DNA of 64,000 nucleotides from Azolla caroliniana. Taxonomy: Eukaryota; Plantae; Polypodiophyta. The number at the start of each line of letters is the position of its first letter. Positions within the stretch are counted from its first letter, which is position 1. The translations under genes were made by a program, and so were the position numbers. Of this stretch, positions 12,435-26,660 are shown one piece after another. The stretch lies in contig JBHGNT010000008.1 of assembly GCA_043228905.1 (NCBI GenBank), positions 3,224,001 to 3,288,000 of the forward strand. Reading direction: 5' to 3'. Below the pieces are notes generated by a model. That model saw nothing but the letters and a program-made list of their open reading frames with translations, did no database searches and was not told the origin of the DNA.

Positions 12435-14693
12435 TTAACTATTTTCATTGAAAGCTGCTGATCGTGATAATGCCGCTGGATTGGAATGTAGCTTTGGTGT
12501 TACCATATCCTCATCTGGCTTCACTTGGAAAGCTTTAGGTTTTGTACCAAAAGATGGTGATGATGTCGAAGAAGGTCCTCCGAGCCCTAATGTAGACCAT
12601 ATTGAACTGCGGGCGGCATCGACTGGATCGGCTATTCTAAGTGTCTTCGGTGCCCATAGACATCCATTAGGCTGTGAATGATCCTCCTCCACCTTCGGTT
12701 GTTTTGGCATTGCATTCTCCACTCCATAGAACATATTCCATGCATTTTCCGCTCCATAAGGCATTTTCCAAGCATTATTCCATCCTGCAGAGGCCGGCGA
12801 GTTCCACATCAACGGGTTCATTAGAGGCCAAGGAATGCCTGTCCAAAGACCTCCAGGTGGAACCCCGACACCAGGCCAGAAATTTGGTACTCCCTGGTCG
12901 AAAGTACCATTGTGTGGACCACAATTCAAGGCCATGTAAGGCATGTTCGGGTTCTTTGGTTCGTGGACATCATCATTGCTTTCACACTCTACTTCTTCCA
13001 ACTCTCCACCAAGACGTGTCGGAGACAACGTGGAGAGGTTTTCTGGTTTGGGAGCTTGGTTGGCGATGCTCATATGGCTCCAAACTACAGGTTGTACATT
13101 TTCCCTTAGCAATTTACCCTCCTTTTCCTCTTTGCTATTGACAAATGCATGCACACCCTCGGTAGCAACATTTGTGCCCAGTGTAGTTGGGGCAGATATC
13201 AGGTTCTCTTGGCCGAAACCCGGGGTATAGCTTCGTACTTGGGACGGACTATCCAGTGATAGAATGGGACCCACATCTAGAGGATTTACACGCCGCCGAG
13301 CTTGCAAAGCACTCGATTGGTTGTGTTGGGTCGTGGGCATGGCCGATGCCGAGGATCTGCGGTGTGCCATATCACTGGCATCATCTCGTACAAACATTGT
13401 ATCGACAATATTATTCTTTTCATGGGATGTTGATTGTGCATGTGAATGCTTATTTTTTCTACGGCCTGCACCGACGGGAACGTTACGAAGCATGCCTCCC
13501 GCAGTCCAATACCGCTGGCATTTCCGGCAGAAATGCCGGGGTTGGTTCACGTTGTAGTTGTTGAAATAGCAAAATTTTGTGTCAAGGCTTTCACAACGAG
13601 GGCATGGCAGAAGTTTGTCGGGTTTCTTTAGGTTCTTTCCATGAAGTATTCCATCTTCCTTCATGGTTGTATTGGCTTCAAGTGATCCTGGTTCCATTAG
13701 CAAGGGGTCTTGGAAATGGAAAACCTTTTCACTAAGAACAAGTCCTTTAGAACCATCATTGCTACATAAAAGATCCTTATTCGCATCGATACCTTCATCA
13801 CCATCGTCCTACAGATGACCACAAAACATAAATGAGCATGAAACAATAAAAACTAATAGTAAATTCATTAACTAAACATAAATATGATTATGGCTCATTA
13901 ACAAACAAGGTCCTAAGACCTTAACAGTGAGTTCTAATCATATGGGTCTTAATTTCACAATTAACCTGTCGGTATGGAAAGAGGGTCCCTTTAATAAGTC
14001 TCATTTTGATTCAGGGGAAAATTCTAATGACATTCTTTATTGCCATTGCCCATTAGAAAAATCAACATAAGGCCCCTTCATAAAGACCAATTCTAATGTG
14101 AGGATAAACTTTAATCACATCCTTGATATAACAATTTATCTAATGCCCATAGACCATTAACTACATAAATGTTTCAATAAGATTAAATCCTTATGTGGGG
14201 ATAAGCTCTAATCACGGTCTTTATTTACGACTAGTCTAATAGCCATAGCCCATCCGCAATATCAACATAAGGTTTCCTAAGTTCTAGTCACATGCTAAAC
14301 TCTACAATTAATCTAATCGTCATAGCCTATTTGCAAGATCAACTTAAAGGTCCTCTTCAATAAGACCCATGTTCAAAGATCAACACACATAAAAACCATT
14401 ATGAAACATCAAAATAAACAAGATCCAGGCCAACACAAATACGGCCCAATTTTAAAGATCTACATAAATCCGAGTTTTTCCAAAGATCCACATAAAACAC
14501 CCACTTTAGTGATCCTGTTAACCCCAACACAGAGGAGAAATAGAAGAAGAAGAAGAAGAAGAAGAAGAAAAGTTTGAAGTTCTGTTCTAACCTGTTGCAT
14601 AGAGGAGAAACTCTCAGAAGGACCATGGATGTCTCTTCCAAAGAGCTTGATCGAAGGGTCCCTAAACGCATCAACGCTAGATGGTGAAGACAT
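12435..14693 (-). CDS. CDF: Dof zinc-finger transcription factor, CYCLING DOF FACTOR (CDF) subfamily; exons 14592-14693 and 12435-13808 (~491 aa)
   Basis: Dof domain [37 protein letters not shown]; N-terminal DPSIKLFG motif in exon 1; C-terminal [28 protein letters not shown] motifs; phase-0 GT-AG intron 13809-14591 keeps the frame. Confidence 0.93.
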
Positions 14694-15112
14694 CTGGAAC
14701 TAAGCTTAAAAACCAGATTCGAAAGCAGTCAGATTAGGGCAAAGCAGAGAGCAGCAGTAGTGCATTTAGGAGGGAAAAATTAGGGTTAACCCAATCCAGG
14801 TAAAGTCAATTGAGGACAACCCAGAAGCTTGAAATGGAAGAATTTGAGGTTCAGAGAGGAGTTTTTTTTGAAGATCTGTGGGCGAATGAAGGGGGAGGGA
14901 GGGAGGTTGTTTTTGTTTTTGTATGAGAAAAGGGAGGGGCAACCTAAAACAGCATGTCTGCAGCATTAACAGAAAAAAAAAGAAAAAGGAAAAAAGAAAA
15001 GAGAGAAAAGAAGAAGAAAAAGAAATGAAAAAGAAATGGAAAGAGAGTTTGGATAAGGGTCTATGGTGCTGCAGAGAAAAGAAAAAGAAAGAAGGCCCAC
15101 CTTTGCTGCACC

Positions 15113-15327
15113 ATGTATGTATGTATGTATTGTATGTGTATGTATGTATGTATGTATGTATCATGTATGTATTGTATGTATGTGTGTATGTGTATATGTA
15201 TGTATGTGTGTATGTATGTATGTATGTATGTATGTATGTATGTATGTATGTTTGTATGTATGTATGTATGTTTGTATGTATGTATGTATGTATGTATGTA
15301 TGTATGTATTGTGTGTATGTGTGTATG
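15113..15327. repeat. (TATG)n microsatellite upstream of CDF
   Basis: Visible directly; explains the spurious CMYV/HTYI ORFs. Confidence 0.95.
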
Positions 15328-18300
15328 TCCAAGGAATCCCCTCAACCACAAATGTAAAGTTGTGGCTCACACTCTCACATATTATTTACATGAAACCACA
15401 GCCAAGAAAAAGAAAAAGAAAAAGAAAAAGAAAAAGAAAAAGAGCACAACCACTTGTCCTGCGGCCAATGAGATATTCCTGTACCCCCCCCCGACTTAAT
15501 CTCTCCCCAATGCCTGCGTCGAACAAGTTTTCTCCACCTCATCCTCTCGATAATTGCATTCATGTGTGTGTGTGTGTGTGTGTGTACATATGTGTCCATG
15601 TTCGGGTGTCTAGGTGTGTGTCTATGTCTAGGTGGCTAGGTGTGTGTTTATGCCTATGTCTGGGTGTCTGGGTGTCTGGGTGTGTCTCTCTGTCTCTGTC
15701 TATGTCTGGGTGCCTAGGTGTCTGGGTGTGAGTGTGTTGGAAGGGCAGGGAGGGAGGGAGATAGGTTCTCGGACGCGCTCTAGCAAGAGTTCATGGCTTT
15801 TTTTTAGTGTTACGCATGCACGAGGGAAATGCGCCACCATTGTTAAGCCTAAACCTTAGATGTTGATAGAGGAACTAGGCATACTCCAGAACTGACCCGC
15901 TACGTTGTATGTTGCTCGAAAGCATTGCGTTCGGCAAGGTCGTGGCTTTGAGGCTTGGACAGGTTTTGTATGAGGGGAATGGGCCAATATGGAAGCCTAG
16001 CCTTAGGGGTTGAAAGAGGAACTATAGATAGAGACACTCCCAAAAAGACCTATTCCAGTGTATCTTAGGAATAAGTGTAGGTGCATACATCTAGCCTAGA
16101 AAATCATGCACAAGCATAGAGTTATGTATTGGATGGTAGAGTATGTTTTTGAACATCCTGCTATCTCTCACATACACAATCCACAATGTGCGCTCTCAAT
16201 AAAAAATTCTCGAACATCGATTGTTATTGTTCAATTTCCACACATACTATGTACAAAGGACTCACTTTTGGTCCCATAGGTCATATTTGACCTCCGAAGA
16301 CGATATTAATAAAATTTGCTTATCCATCTATCTCTTTGTGTGTATGTGTATTAGATGTTGATGTGTGGCTTGGCAGAACGTGTCTTTTAGGGCCTTGAGA
16401 TTGTCGATGGTCTCATATAGTCTCTTTAATTCTCGACACGAGCTCAAACCTCCAAATAGATTGTGTTTCGTTTCTCGTGGATGTTTATAAACCAACCCAT
16501 CAATCCCCCTCACACACATATGATATATAGCAACTCATATTGAAATTTGTGTCTCACTTCACGTATATATGTCAATCTACTCTTCAATCTATATGTTTCA
16601 ACATGTTTTTCTATGGGCATCTAGCATCATCAAGCATGGGATATATACACATATTCAATTAATTACGATCACTAAGTATATCTTGTTGTGGATGACTAAC
16701 TTATCTTTAGTGCTTTGCCTATGGTCCCCTATGCCACCTCACATCAAGCAAGCATATTGTAATCCACTCATGAATCTTTAATGGAGAGCATCATCTATGC
16801 ATGATATCGTGGATTTGCAAAATGCAATCTTTTGCTTATGTACATTAAAACTCTCACTTGTGAGCATACAAAAGCACTTGTTGATAATCAACTTTTTAGA
16901 TATGGCTCTCCTTGTCTCTTCTCTCCTCACAATCACACCTCATATCAAGCATATGTTGATCTACCCACAAATCTTTTATTGTCCAACATTATTCGTGTGT
17001 CACGTAAAGTGTAATTTCAAAAACATTTGAGGCTTTATGTAGATTTTAAGAGACATAGAGTTGTGATTGTGGTTTAGTTATCTATGATGCTCGTCAATGC
17101 TTCAATGATTCTAGATGACTTTTTTACCAATAGATGTCTTTAGTGGCGAATAAATACAATTTTAATTTTTTTGTTTCTAACAATCGGATTATGGATATAT
17201 TGTCATTCGTTATATTATATCTCTTTAATGCATTATCTTCAAATGCTCATGAATCTCATCCATGTATTGAGCTTTTTGAACTTTATGTCTTTCAACTTTA
17301 TATTGTCTCTTCATTGATAAAGCACGCTTATTGTTTGCTTTATTAACTATGCCAAACACTAAGAACAACACATTATAAAGTATGCATCATACCAAACACT
17401 TAGAGCAAAACATTATGAGCTAAAGCACAACGTGAGTGAATTGCATATATATATCATGTAAGGATGCATCATTGTTAATTGATTTAACATGTTATGCACA
17501 ATTCTAAATGTCAAACATATGAACGTGATGGTGCAATGGTATATCTAGCATGTCTCAACATTAAGGTTGTGTGTCAAGTCTTGAACAATATCATGGTTGG
17601 ATATTGCTTCTCATCATTCTAGTTTGCGATCATTCACACTATCTACTTATTCTAGTTTGAAATTTCCACAATGCCCAATTGCCCTTGCAAGTGTACCACA
17701 AAAGGATTTTGATTTCTGACCTCTAGATGAACTATTCCAGAGGTTTTTTAAGTGGTTGAAATATAGATGAATGACACAATAATCACTTCTAAGTGTTTGC
17801 GTTGGTTTGATTTCTCTGTCATTTATACAATAACCGTATGAGACAAAAGAAATCTTCCAATATGAAATGAAATATTGAACACGCCGTACTGAGCACATGC
17901 CTCCTCAAAATGGTAGATATGATATTAAAACCTCAAAAGGATATTTTTTTACAAGTAAAGCTGCAAACATGCTACCTGTTGATAAGAAACACAAAGCCAA
18001 TAGGACGATCCATCATATTTCCCTTGATTGTGTAATGATATCGACATAAATAAATTGTGGGAATCAAAATATAAACTATGGTGGCTCCAAAGGTGGCCCC
18101 GTCTTCATTTTGTGCCACAAGTTGAATCTTGCGATTCAAGTTCATCGTAAGGCTCATCCAACAAAGACAACTCATCAGAGTACCATGATGCTTTTCTTGA
18201 CAATGACGGAAGATTGAATGACTTTTGAGTGCGAGAAAAAGATATTTCAACACGTCCTTTCTTGTTGAAAGTTATAAAGGCATAACCCTACCTGATGCCA

Positions 18301-20083
18301 ATCCTCTTTATCCTCTTTATTGAGACTTACACATTCAATCACTGTACCTCCTACATACACCATACATATTACTTAATTTATACAATAAGTTGTAACACCA
18401 CTTTCTAGGAATGCATGATCGTCTAATAACCCTATATAAAATAAGTTTGTGGTTCACATAATTGGGTTGAAACAATTAGCGTTCTCTTCATTATATTGTT
18501 GAAACTTGAATGTATGGAACCACATGAAAGATGTCGAGATGTTTCGTGATATCATATATGAGCAACTCCAACAAAACAAATATGTACATAACATTATTGA
18601 ACATGTGTAGATATTTCACATTACCATGCATGAACAATTATACCCATGTGATTATTTATAACGTGAAGAAATATTGTTGATGCACATTACGTTCTTAACT
18701 ATGTCTAGTTACGCTCTACCTAGAAAAACGCAATTGCGCAACACTGATGCTTTCGTTCCGATACAAATTAGATAGACCGAGCACTATACATGCCGCTATT
18801 GCTTCTATGAAATAAAGTAAATGGGGGGAAGGTCGACCTGCTTTCTACCAGGCATGCGGAAAGCGATGAAAACCTAACTAAACTAAAGGTCCTATACACT
18901 CAATATTACTCCTCATACAACACAAGAAAAGGTTGAAGACTGAGATTAACCATATGGTTATACCTTAAGCTATAACCATGAAATGAGTTTTTGTGAATTA
19001 TAACTATCAGTTACTAATTTTGCTAAATTATTTAGAAACAATGACATAAACTAAGCGAGAAATCAAATCAAAAGTTAATTTTGTTATTAGGCTTTCTAAT
19101 TGTATACTTGACACTTCCCAATTACGTGGGATGTGTCCCTGAATATTGGAAGGTATATGTAGTACAATTTGTTGGTTTTTAAATTATAATCTCTCGCAAA
19201 AGTAAATAGTTTTCTAGAACACTTTGGTAGTAACTCCCCTTTAACGACGCAAGGGATTTTAAAGGATGTAAGACTTATGTTCTTTTCTTGAAGGCATGAT
19301 ACACATGTAATTCGTGAACTAAGGTAAGAAAGTAAAAGTAGAGCCTCGCTTTCCTCATTCACATTTGTACATTTAAGTTCAAAAATTGGGACCAGATTCA
19401 TATATCTTTTGTTTGGTTTTATCCCGTCCTATGTGAGGCAAAACACCTCAAAGAAATAAAGGAATAACGTCCACATGAAAACTTGTCTGTATTTAGCATA
19501 AAGTTTCCAAAGATAATGAATAATTGCACATCCAATGATAGTTGTTCTCTCACAAAAGTCGATCGTGCATGAGGATAATTCTAATTCCAACCACATCATA
19601 AGTTCCTCTTCATATGTGTGTTAGTATCTAGGGTGTCTTTAAAGTTGGTTGTAGATATTAACATCAAGAATATTCATAGCAAAGAAGCCTTTTGCACTAC
19701 AATTGATTTATTAAACGTGGTCCTTTGTGCCTATATAGATAAGTGTGGACATTTACAATTATACAAGCAACAAGAAATTATCCAACACAAGAAGGATCCT
19801 AAATAAATAGATTCATCTCCTTTGTTAGTAACATTTTCATTCAACTAATCCATTTAGGAATATAGAAAATTGTTCCAACATGAAAGGTTTATTGGCTATG
19901 CAAATCATATATTGGAATTTTTAATTTGTACCTTCACATGGGTTGGAAACCATCCATTTTGAACAATCCGACACAGAAGAAAGTTACTTGTTTCGAATTG
20001 ACGCCTTAGCAATCCTTATTTCGATTGAGCACTTTTTACCAATTCTTGTACCTACACGACTCCCTAGTAAACTCTTTTAACAA

Positions 20084-20764
20084 ATGTCACTTATAGTTCA
20101 CTGTTCTAACACAATTGACGTGTTAATGTGAACATCAACAAAGCTTCAAGGGCAAATCAATTGCGAGAGATGTCACTTGGTATGTGAAATTCTAGCACAA
20201 TTTGACACCTATATTTGAACATCATTAAAGAATTTATAAGAACTTAACATCACATCCATGTAGAAACGTGATACACAATAACATATGTCACTTATTAGTT
20301 CAATGTTCAAACACAATTGACGCATTAATGTGATTCACATAGTATGAACCATACGTACCATACGTGCATTCGCATTCGCGAATGATTGAACCATTCGCGA
20401 AAGGAAAACACCCTCAAAGAATGATAAATACCATACTTTTCGATTAACTATTTATTATGAGGTAGATAAGCCTAAATATGAAAAAAAAACATTAAAAAAA
20501 TGGGGAAAAAACAAAAAAAAAAACAAGAATGTTTGGATACCATTCGCATTCGTTTTCCAACGTAGGAAAACGAATGTTATACTAGACGAACACGAATTTT
20601 ACGTACTATGAATGTGAACATCAACAAAGGCTTCAAGGGCAAATCAATTGTGACAGATGTCACTTGGTATTTGAAATTCTAGCACAATTTGACACCTATA
20701 TTTCAACATCATTAAAGAATTTATAAGAATTTAACATCGCATCCATGTAGAAACGTGACACACA
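20084..20764. repeat. ~200-bp tandem duplication whose second copy is split by a MITE
   Basis: ATGTCACTTAT..GTTCA...AATGTGAACATCAACAAAG...CATGTAGAAACGTGA occurs twice. Confidence 0.85.
20338..20610. mobile_element. Small MITE-like insertion
   Basis: Termini CATAGTA...TACTATG; internal CATTCG/CGAATG repeats; absent from the first copy of the duplication; AATGTGA is duplicated on both flanks (imperfect junction). Confidence 0.65.
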
Positions 20765-22324
20765 CGTTATTGTGCATTAAAATACAACGGCTTGAACAAA
20801 CAATCTTTAGAAGCACATGAATAGACACGATACTCATTACAACCAAAGGCAAGGGAAGTCCAAATGCAAACAATAAATCCAAAACAAAAAACTTTTGCTT
20901 GAGTTAATTACTTTAGGGTCTTATAGATGTAACAAGAACCTAATGTGCTCTAATTAGAGTTATATATTTCACCTTCTTAAGTTGGAGCATACCTGAAACA
21001 ATATATCTAAAATGAAAAGCTATCGTCTACTTTTGGGTCCTACAAATGTAACAAGAACCTCAAGCACACTATTTACACTTATATAACCTGACAAAAAATA
21101 CCACAAAGATTGGAATGACAGCTTACAAAAAGAACTTTTAGACTAGTACTATAAGAAGATTGCTCATACATCACATTCTCATGTAGAATCTAGATGTGTA
21201 AGAGGATTGTAAAATTTCTAAGAAAAAAGAGTCTGGCAATAGACATTTTAGTATAGATAGTGGAATATGGCTATGGTTTATCTCAAGCAAAATTGGTCCA
21301 AACAAAATATGCATGAACTTCTCAACTGAATGAATCAATACCCATTTTCAACACTTCTTATGTACCATTTTTCTAGACCTCCAGATTAACTCAATGAATC
21401 CATGAATGATTCCAAGAGGTTTTATGCAACCATTTTCAATAAACTGAAGATTTGTCACAAATGTCCCTAAAAATACAAATCCATGGATTTTTAACTCTTT
21501 AACAAATCCACGTTCGTGTAGCCATCTTTTATGAACTGACAATTGCAAATACCCTATAAATACAATGAATGGTTTTACCATGAAATCAAACGGCATTCTA
21601 TACGAAAACATGTCTCGATTATTGATCTAATGTTTTCAGAGAAAAAAAAAACTCTAGTTCCCACTCAGCAAGGGCCCTTTACTCCCCCTCCTTGACACCA
21701 CTATATAACACCATTCACACTCTTTTACTGAACCAAAAACCAAACCTAACCATATTATCTATAGAAACCATAACCATAGCTCATTCATAAAATTCCTGCC
21801 TCAAAAGGGAAGGGGGGGGGGAGCCTCTGTTAAGTGTCCTTTGTAAAATCTCCAAAAGACTCCAATGACAGATTCTGAAATCACAAACACTGCAGCGTTC
21901 CGATGAGGATCTCGCATAGCTAGCCTCCTTCATGTTTGAAAAGGATAAGATAAAACCATTAAAAAGAGAGGGGAAATATGGATCACAAATGGCACTAGGT
22001 ATATATAAATCCGATTCGGATAATAAGAACCATTAAAGCGGAGAAAAAAAGAGTAGTTGCGGTAAGCTATTCATAAGTATCATTAAAAGAGGGGGGGGGG
22101 GGGGGGGGGCACATTCAGAAAGGAAAAAAACTCTTATTACTCTAGTGGATACTCTTATTACTCACTCTTAGTAATCATTAGAGTGGGCATGTATTAAGGA
22201 AAGATGCGACGAGGGAGAGAGATTTTACAGAGATAAGAGGGTGTAACTTACAGAAATAAGAGAGAAATAAGATTCAAGTGATTATACTCTTTATTCATAT
22301 GTGCAAAAAAGGGAGGAATTGATG

Positions 22325-25300
22325 TCAGGGAATGGGTGAGCTGAGCGTTCTTCGGAGGCTCGTCTGCATCATTCCGGTGCTAAAGAAATCGGGTGGTGGC
22401 CTCGGTAGCAACCACACTGAGAGCACCATACCAAGAAAAGCAGATCCCGCTCCGACAAGGAAAGATGGAATATTCCCACCTCCAAATACGGTATCGAGTG
22501 GTCCACTTCCTATCGACACTAGTACCTACACACACGGATAACCAACCAACCAACCATCATATGTCATTAGTAAGTGGAATTCATCAAAACAGATTGTTTA
22601 AAAGGTTCTAGGAAGAGTCTTCCCAGCAATAATGAGTTACATCAATCTACTATGTCAAACTATTCGAAAATTATTCATCAATCACGTCTCTGCCTTTGAC
22701 CAATATCAAAAATACCCTCACTCCCATGTCACATTGAAAGTCTCCATTGATGTGACATAACCCTTGGTTGATTTCAAATTTATGTTGATCATACCTCAAT
22801 CAAGACATCAACTGCCAACATAACCTAAGATGTATTTCAATTTGGTATTGTCAATTGATATCAAGTTGGACTTGATCACCCTAACTTGTAAAGCATTTGA
22901 TTATTCAATGCATTGATAATGTCTAGATCACGGCTGTGGATTAAGGTCATGTAGGTCCTCTTCAATCTGACTTACAAAGCATTCGATTATTCAATGCAAA
23001 TCATTTATTTATTCAGTGCACTGAACATATCTTATTTGATACCACATGACAACTGATGAAAATAATTCATGTCAAATGTTTTTAGATAGATTTCAATAAG
23101 TTCTTGATCAACCTAATCGCCAAAGATTTGACTATTCTATGTTTGACCAGTCAATACATTAATCTGCAAATTGCCAATGAAAATACATTTCACAAGGTTC
23201 TAACTCCTGATTACCTCTTATTGGCAAGATTTGAGGCCATATTCACATGAATGAGACCTAATGATAGTAACTTACAGATCACAACTATTGAATGCAAAGA
23301 TCTACAAAATATAGATGAAAAGACCTTTGCAAATTTAGTTTCTCCTATGTAAAACCTGTGTGTGTATAGTGTGTGAGTTAGAGAGAGAGAAATGGGGAGA
23401 AAACCGCCAGATAAATAAGAGTTAAATGGACTGATGCATATTGAACAACATGCCACTATGGCAAAGAGCGAGGCATATTTTATGCAACAATTTAATTCGA
23501 ATCATTAGTGTTAATGATAATGATTTAATTCGAATCATGCACCACAAGAGATAGCAAAGAATCTTGACAAAGATTTAATGAAGGGTGAGATAGAGTCAGT
23601 CATATTCCATTTCTCAAACAATAAGTCATAGATGGGATGGATTAACGAAAGTTATTTAAGAGCTACGTGCTTGAGTTGAAGAAACCACTCACATTTTTGT
23701 TTCAACAAGTTTGGAGTGTCTCATGCTCTCATCATGGAGTATTGATTTACTAAATCTATTGCCTAAAATTCCATCTCCTCCATCTTTTTAGTCGTTGGCA
23801 ACCTATTTCATTGATGGATGGAATTTACAAGGTTTTTGCCTAAGGTCATTAGCAAAAGGTTGCAGAAATACTTCTCTGCGTTTATTGATAAGGCACAATA
23901 TGGGTTAATTGTAGGAAGAGTTATTTTGAATAACATTCTAAACATATAAATGTCCATAAACTATGCTAAGGAGTTTAGAAAAGAGTTATTCATGATACAA
24001 GTAGGTCTTGAAAAGGCATGTGATAACGTGAATGTGAACTGCTAGTTTATGAGGAAATCGATGATTCATCTGGGTTTTGGTGTCAAGTTTGATATATACA
24101 TGACAAGGGTCAAGTTCACAAACCATTCAATGGACGAATCATCCACCCCATTCCAGTTCAGAAATCGGAAAGATGTCCATCACATAAAGAGAGATTGTGC
24201 ATAGCATTCTAAATGATATGCAATGGATAAATCAGCCATCCCATTCCAGTTCGGAAATCAGTTAGACAAAGATGTCCATCACATGAAGAGATATTTTAAA
24301 AATGGCCATAGACTATGCTGAGTATAATCAGGATTGGGTCGTGAAACAATTAGATCTTGAAAAGGTGTATGATAACATGAATTGGTAACTTGTTAGAAAA
24401 TTAATGACTAGTTTAATGCACATTGACCAAGTTCAAATGTCATGTTCAATGGAGTAATCACCCAATCTATTCTACTTCAGAAATTGGTCAAGGACATTTA
24501 GTGCCCTTAATTGATTGCAATCGTAATACATCTTATTTTAAAAATGTCGCATAACATGGCAACGGGGGGTGATTTGGTAGATCTTTCACTGCCATTAGCA
24601 AATGATTATATCATGTTTTTAGATGCCATTCACGATAAACTTTTCTAGAGCTATGGAGGTGTGGAATCTATTTTGTGGTAGCCTCTTGAAGATTAACATG
24701 CATGTAGGAAGAGGAATTTGTAGGATCTTGGTTGGGAGGAGTTAACTATTCTCCACACAAAATTTGTGTTTTCACATAAGACTTAATTATGATTCCTTGG
24801 TTTCATATTACATCCAACCGTTACCATGGTCAAGAAGGGAAATTGAAAGTTTAAATTTCCATCTTGTGTGGCATGGAATCATATTTGCCTCAAAAAGAGT
24901 TGAGGCATGGCAACATTAAATTTGCATTAACATATGGTGGATCAGAGCTTACCATTCCCTAGAGCAATGTTCAAACATAAACCACCATAGATAGAGATGG
25001 TGGCTTTTTTCTTGCGAAAGAAGGGGTTAGGTTTGGAAAAACAGACATGGGAACCTCCTGGTGGAACATAGTGATTAGTGATAGATAAATGAAATGTTCA
25101 GGATTGATGATAGTTTATCACTTGTTGGTTTCTTAGCTGATGTCTCCCGCCAGAGCAGAAGAATGAAAATTCCTTGCAAATGGAATTGTGGACTTTGAGA
25201 ACGTTGCAATGGGAGGACAAGCAATTATTCCAACTCCAATTTCATCAGATGGCGAATTTCAGCTTTGTATACAATACAAAATACAATGTTGGCGACCTAA

Positions 25301-26625
25301 AAGGAGAATAATGGCTCTTTGAAAAACTAGGGTGAGATTTAGAATTCCTAAAAGTCATAGGGTTCTTAGGGTCCAAGATAGTTTGCAGGAAATAGATGTC
25401 TTTACCAAAGTAAATACAAACGATATTTATCGCAAGTTAATTTTTACATACATGTATGGGTGACAGAGGGTTATGAAAAAGTATAAAGAAGCCTAAAATG
25501 TGGTGATAACTTGTAGTAGAGATGGTTTGGCACTCTACTACAACTTCTTATTTAGAGCTAATATGTTTATTTGGAGGGTTATATGATTGGGGGTTTACCA
25601 CTAGGAGACACCTTATGAAAGTGGAGTATAGCCGGTGGAATGTGTTAAATTTGTATTGTCATTAGAACATAGTATGAATCATTTTATTGCTTCCCGAGGT
25701 CAAGCTCTATTCGCACATATATTTCTTCAAAGCAAGCTTCTTATATCTAGGATTTCAGAACCTCCATTCCCATCAGTATTTTCACAGGTCATTTCGGGTT
25801 TTCCTTGTTCACACTAAATTGTTTTTAAGTCCATGCGGTATTGGGGTTATGCCATATTTTCCATATGCATAAATTTCTTGTTTTTGAGGCACGTTAAAAG
25901 GCAGGTTTTCTTTGGCAGTTCTCAAAGTTGGAAAGCTCAAGAATGCTATCACCTGAGGAGATCCAAATATGTGAATTGGTAAATCAATCATATTTTCCTT
26001 CTCTGTTGACTTTTGTCACTTGGCTTATCAAACTAAATAGGATCTCAATTGAGATCTGACGGTCATCCGTCTTTTGAGTTATGTGTTTTTTCTTTCTTTC
26101 CATTATTAATACGATTCTATTTACAAGAAAGGTGAGGGAAAAGACATTCAAATTTCAAACATTCTTTCCACATGATTGGGTTTTTAGCGAACTCAAACTA
26201 GAAAGTTGTGCAATCGTTAACTGACGCTTATCTTTCGCTCTCTGCATTTATAGGCTGTTGGAATAATTGGATTATCCAAAATCCTTTCTTTTATTCCCAT
26301 TCTGGAGTGCAATCATATCACCATTTGAGATGTGTCTTCTCCGCTAACAGTTCAAGACCATAGCCAATGTTGGTCTTATTACTAAGGCTATTTTGCTGGC
26401 ATAACTAGATTACCGAGATTGCATCCATTATTTTTTCCAATTCTGGAGTGCAGTCAAATCAGCCATTTGAGAGGTCTCCTTCACTGGCAGTGCAATACTA
26501 TAGCCAACATAGGACTTATTACTAAGGATGGTTTTGATCCTTGGCATGCAGTCGTCTCTTTGGTTTCTTTGTTCACGTAGTTGTTTTGTAATTTTTGTAC
26601 AAAGAAGTAAAACTTCTAATTATCC

Positions 26626-26660
<35 letters not shown>

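Noticed and set aside
14766-15859. Long ORFs on both strands (CMYV, HTYI and poly-K peptides)
   Set aside because: They arise from stop-free (TATG)n, (GAAAAA)n and TG-rich microsatellites; no protein motifs
17525-17585. tRNA-like A box (TGGTGCAATGG) and degenerate B box
   Set aside because: No cloverleaf or acceptor stem; at most a decayed SINE head
15870-18900. Possible decayed Helitron (CTAG..ACCCGC.ACGTTG end; faint Pif1-like and CxxC/GKV-like fragments)
   Set aside because: Similarities are too weak and not colinear; a translated HMM search is needed
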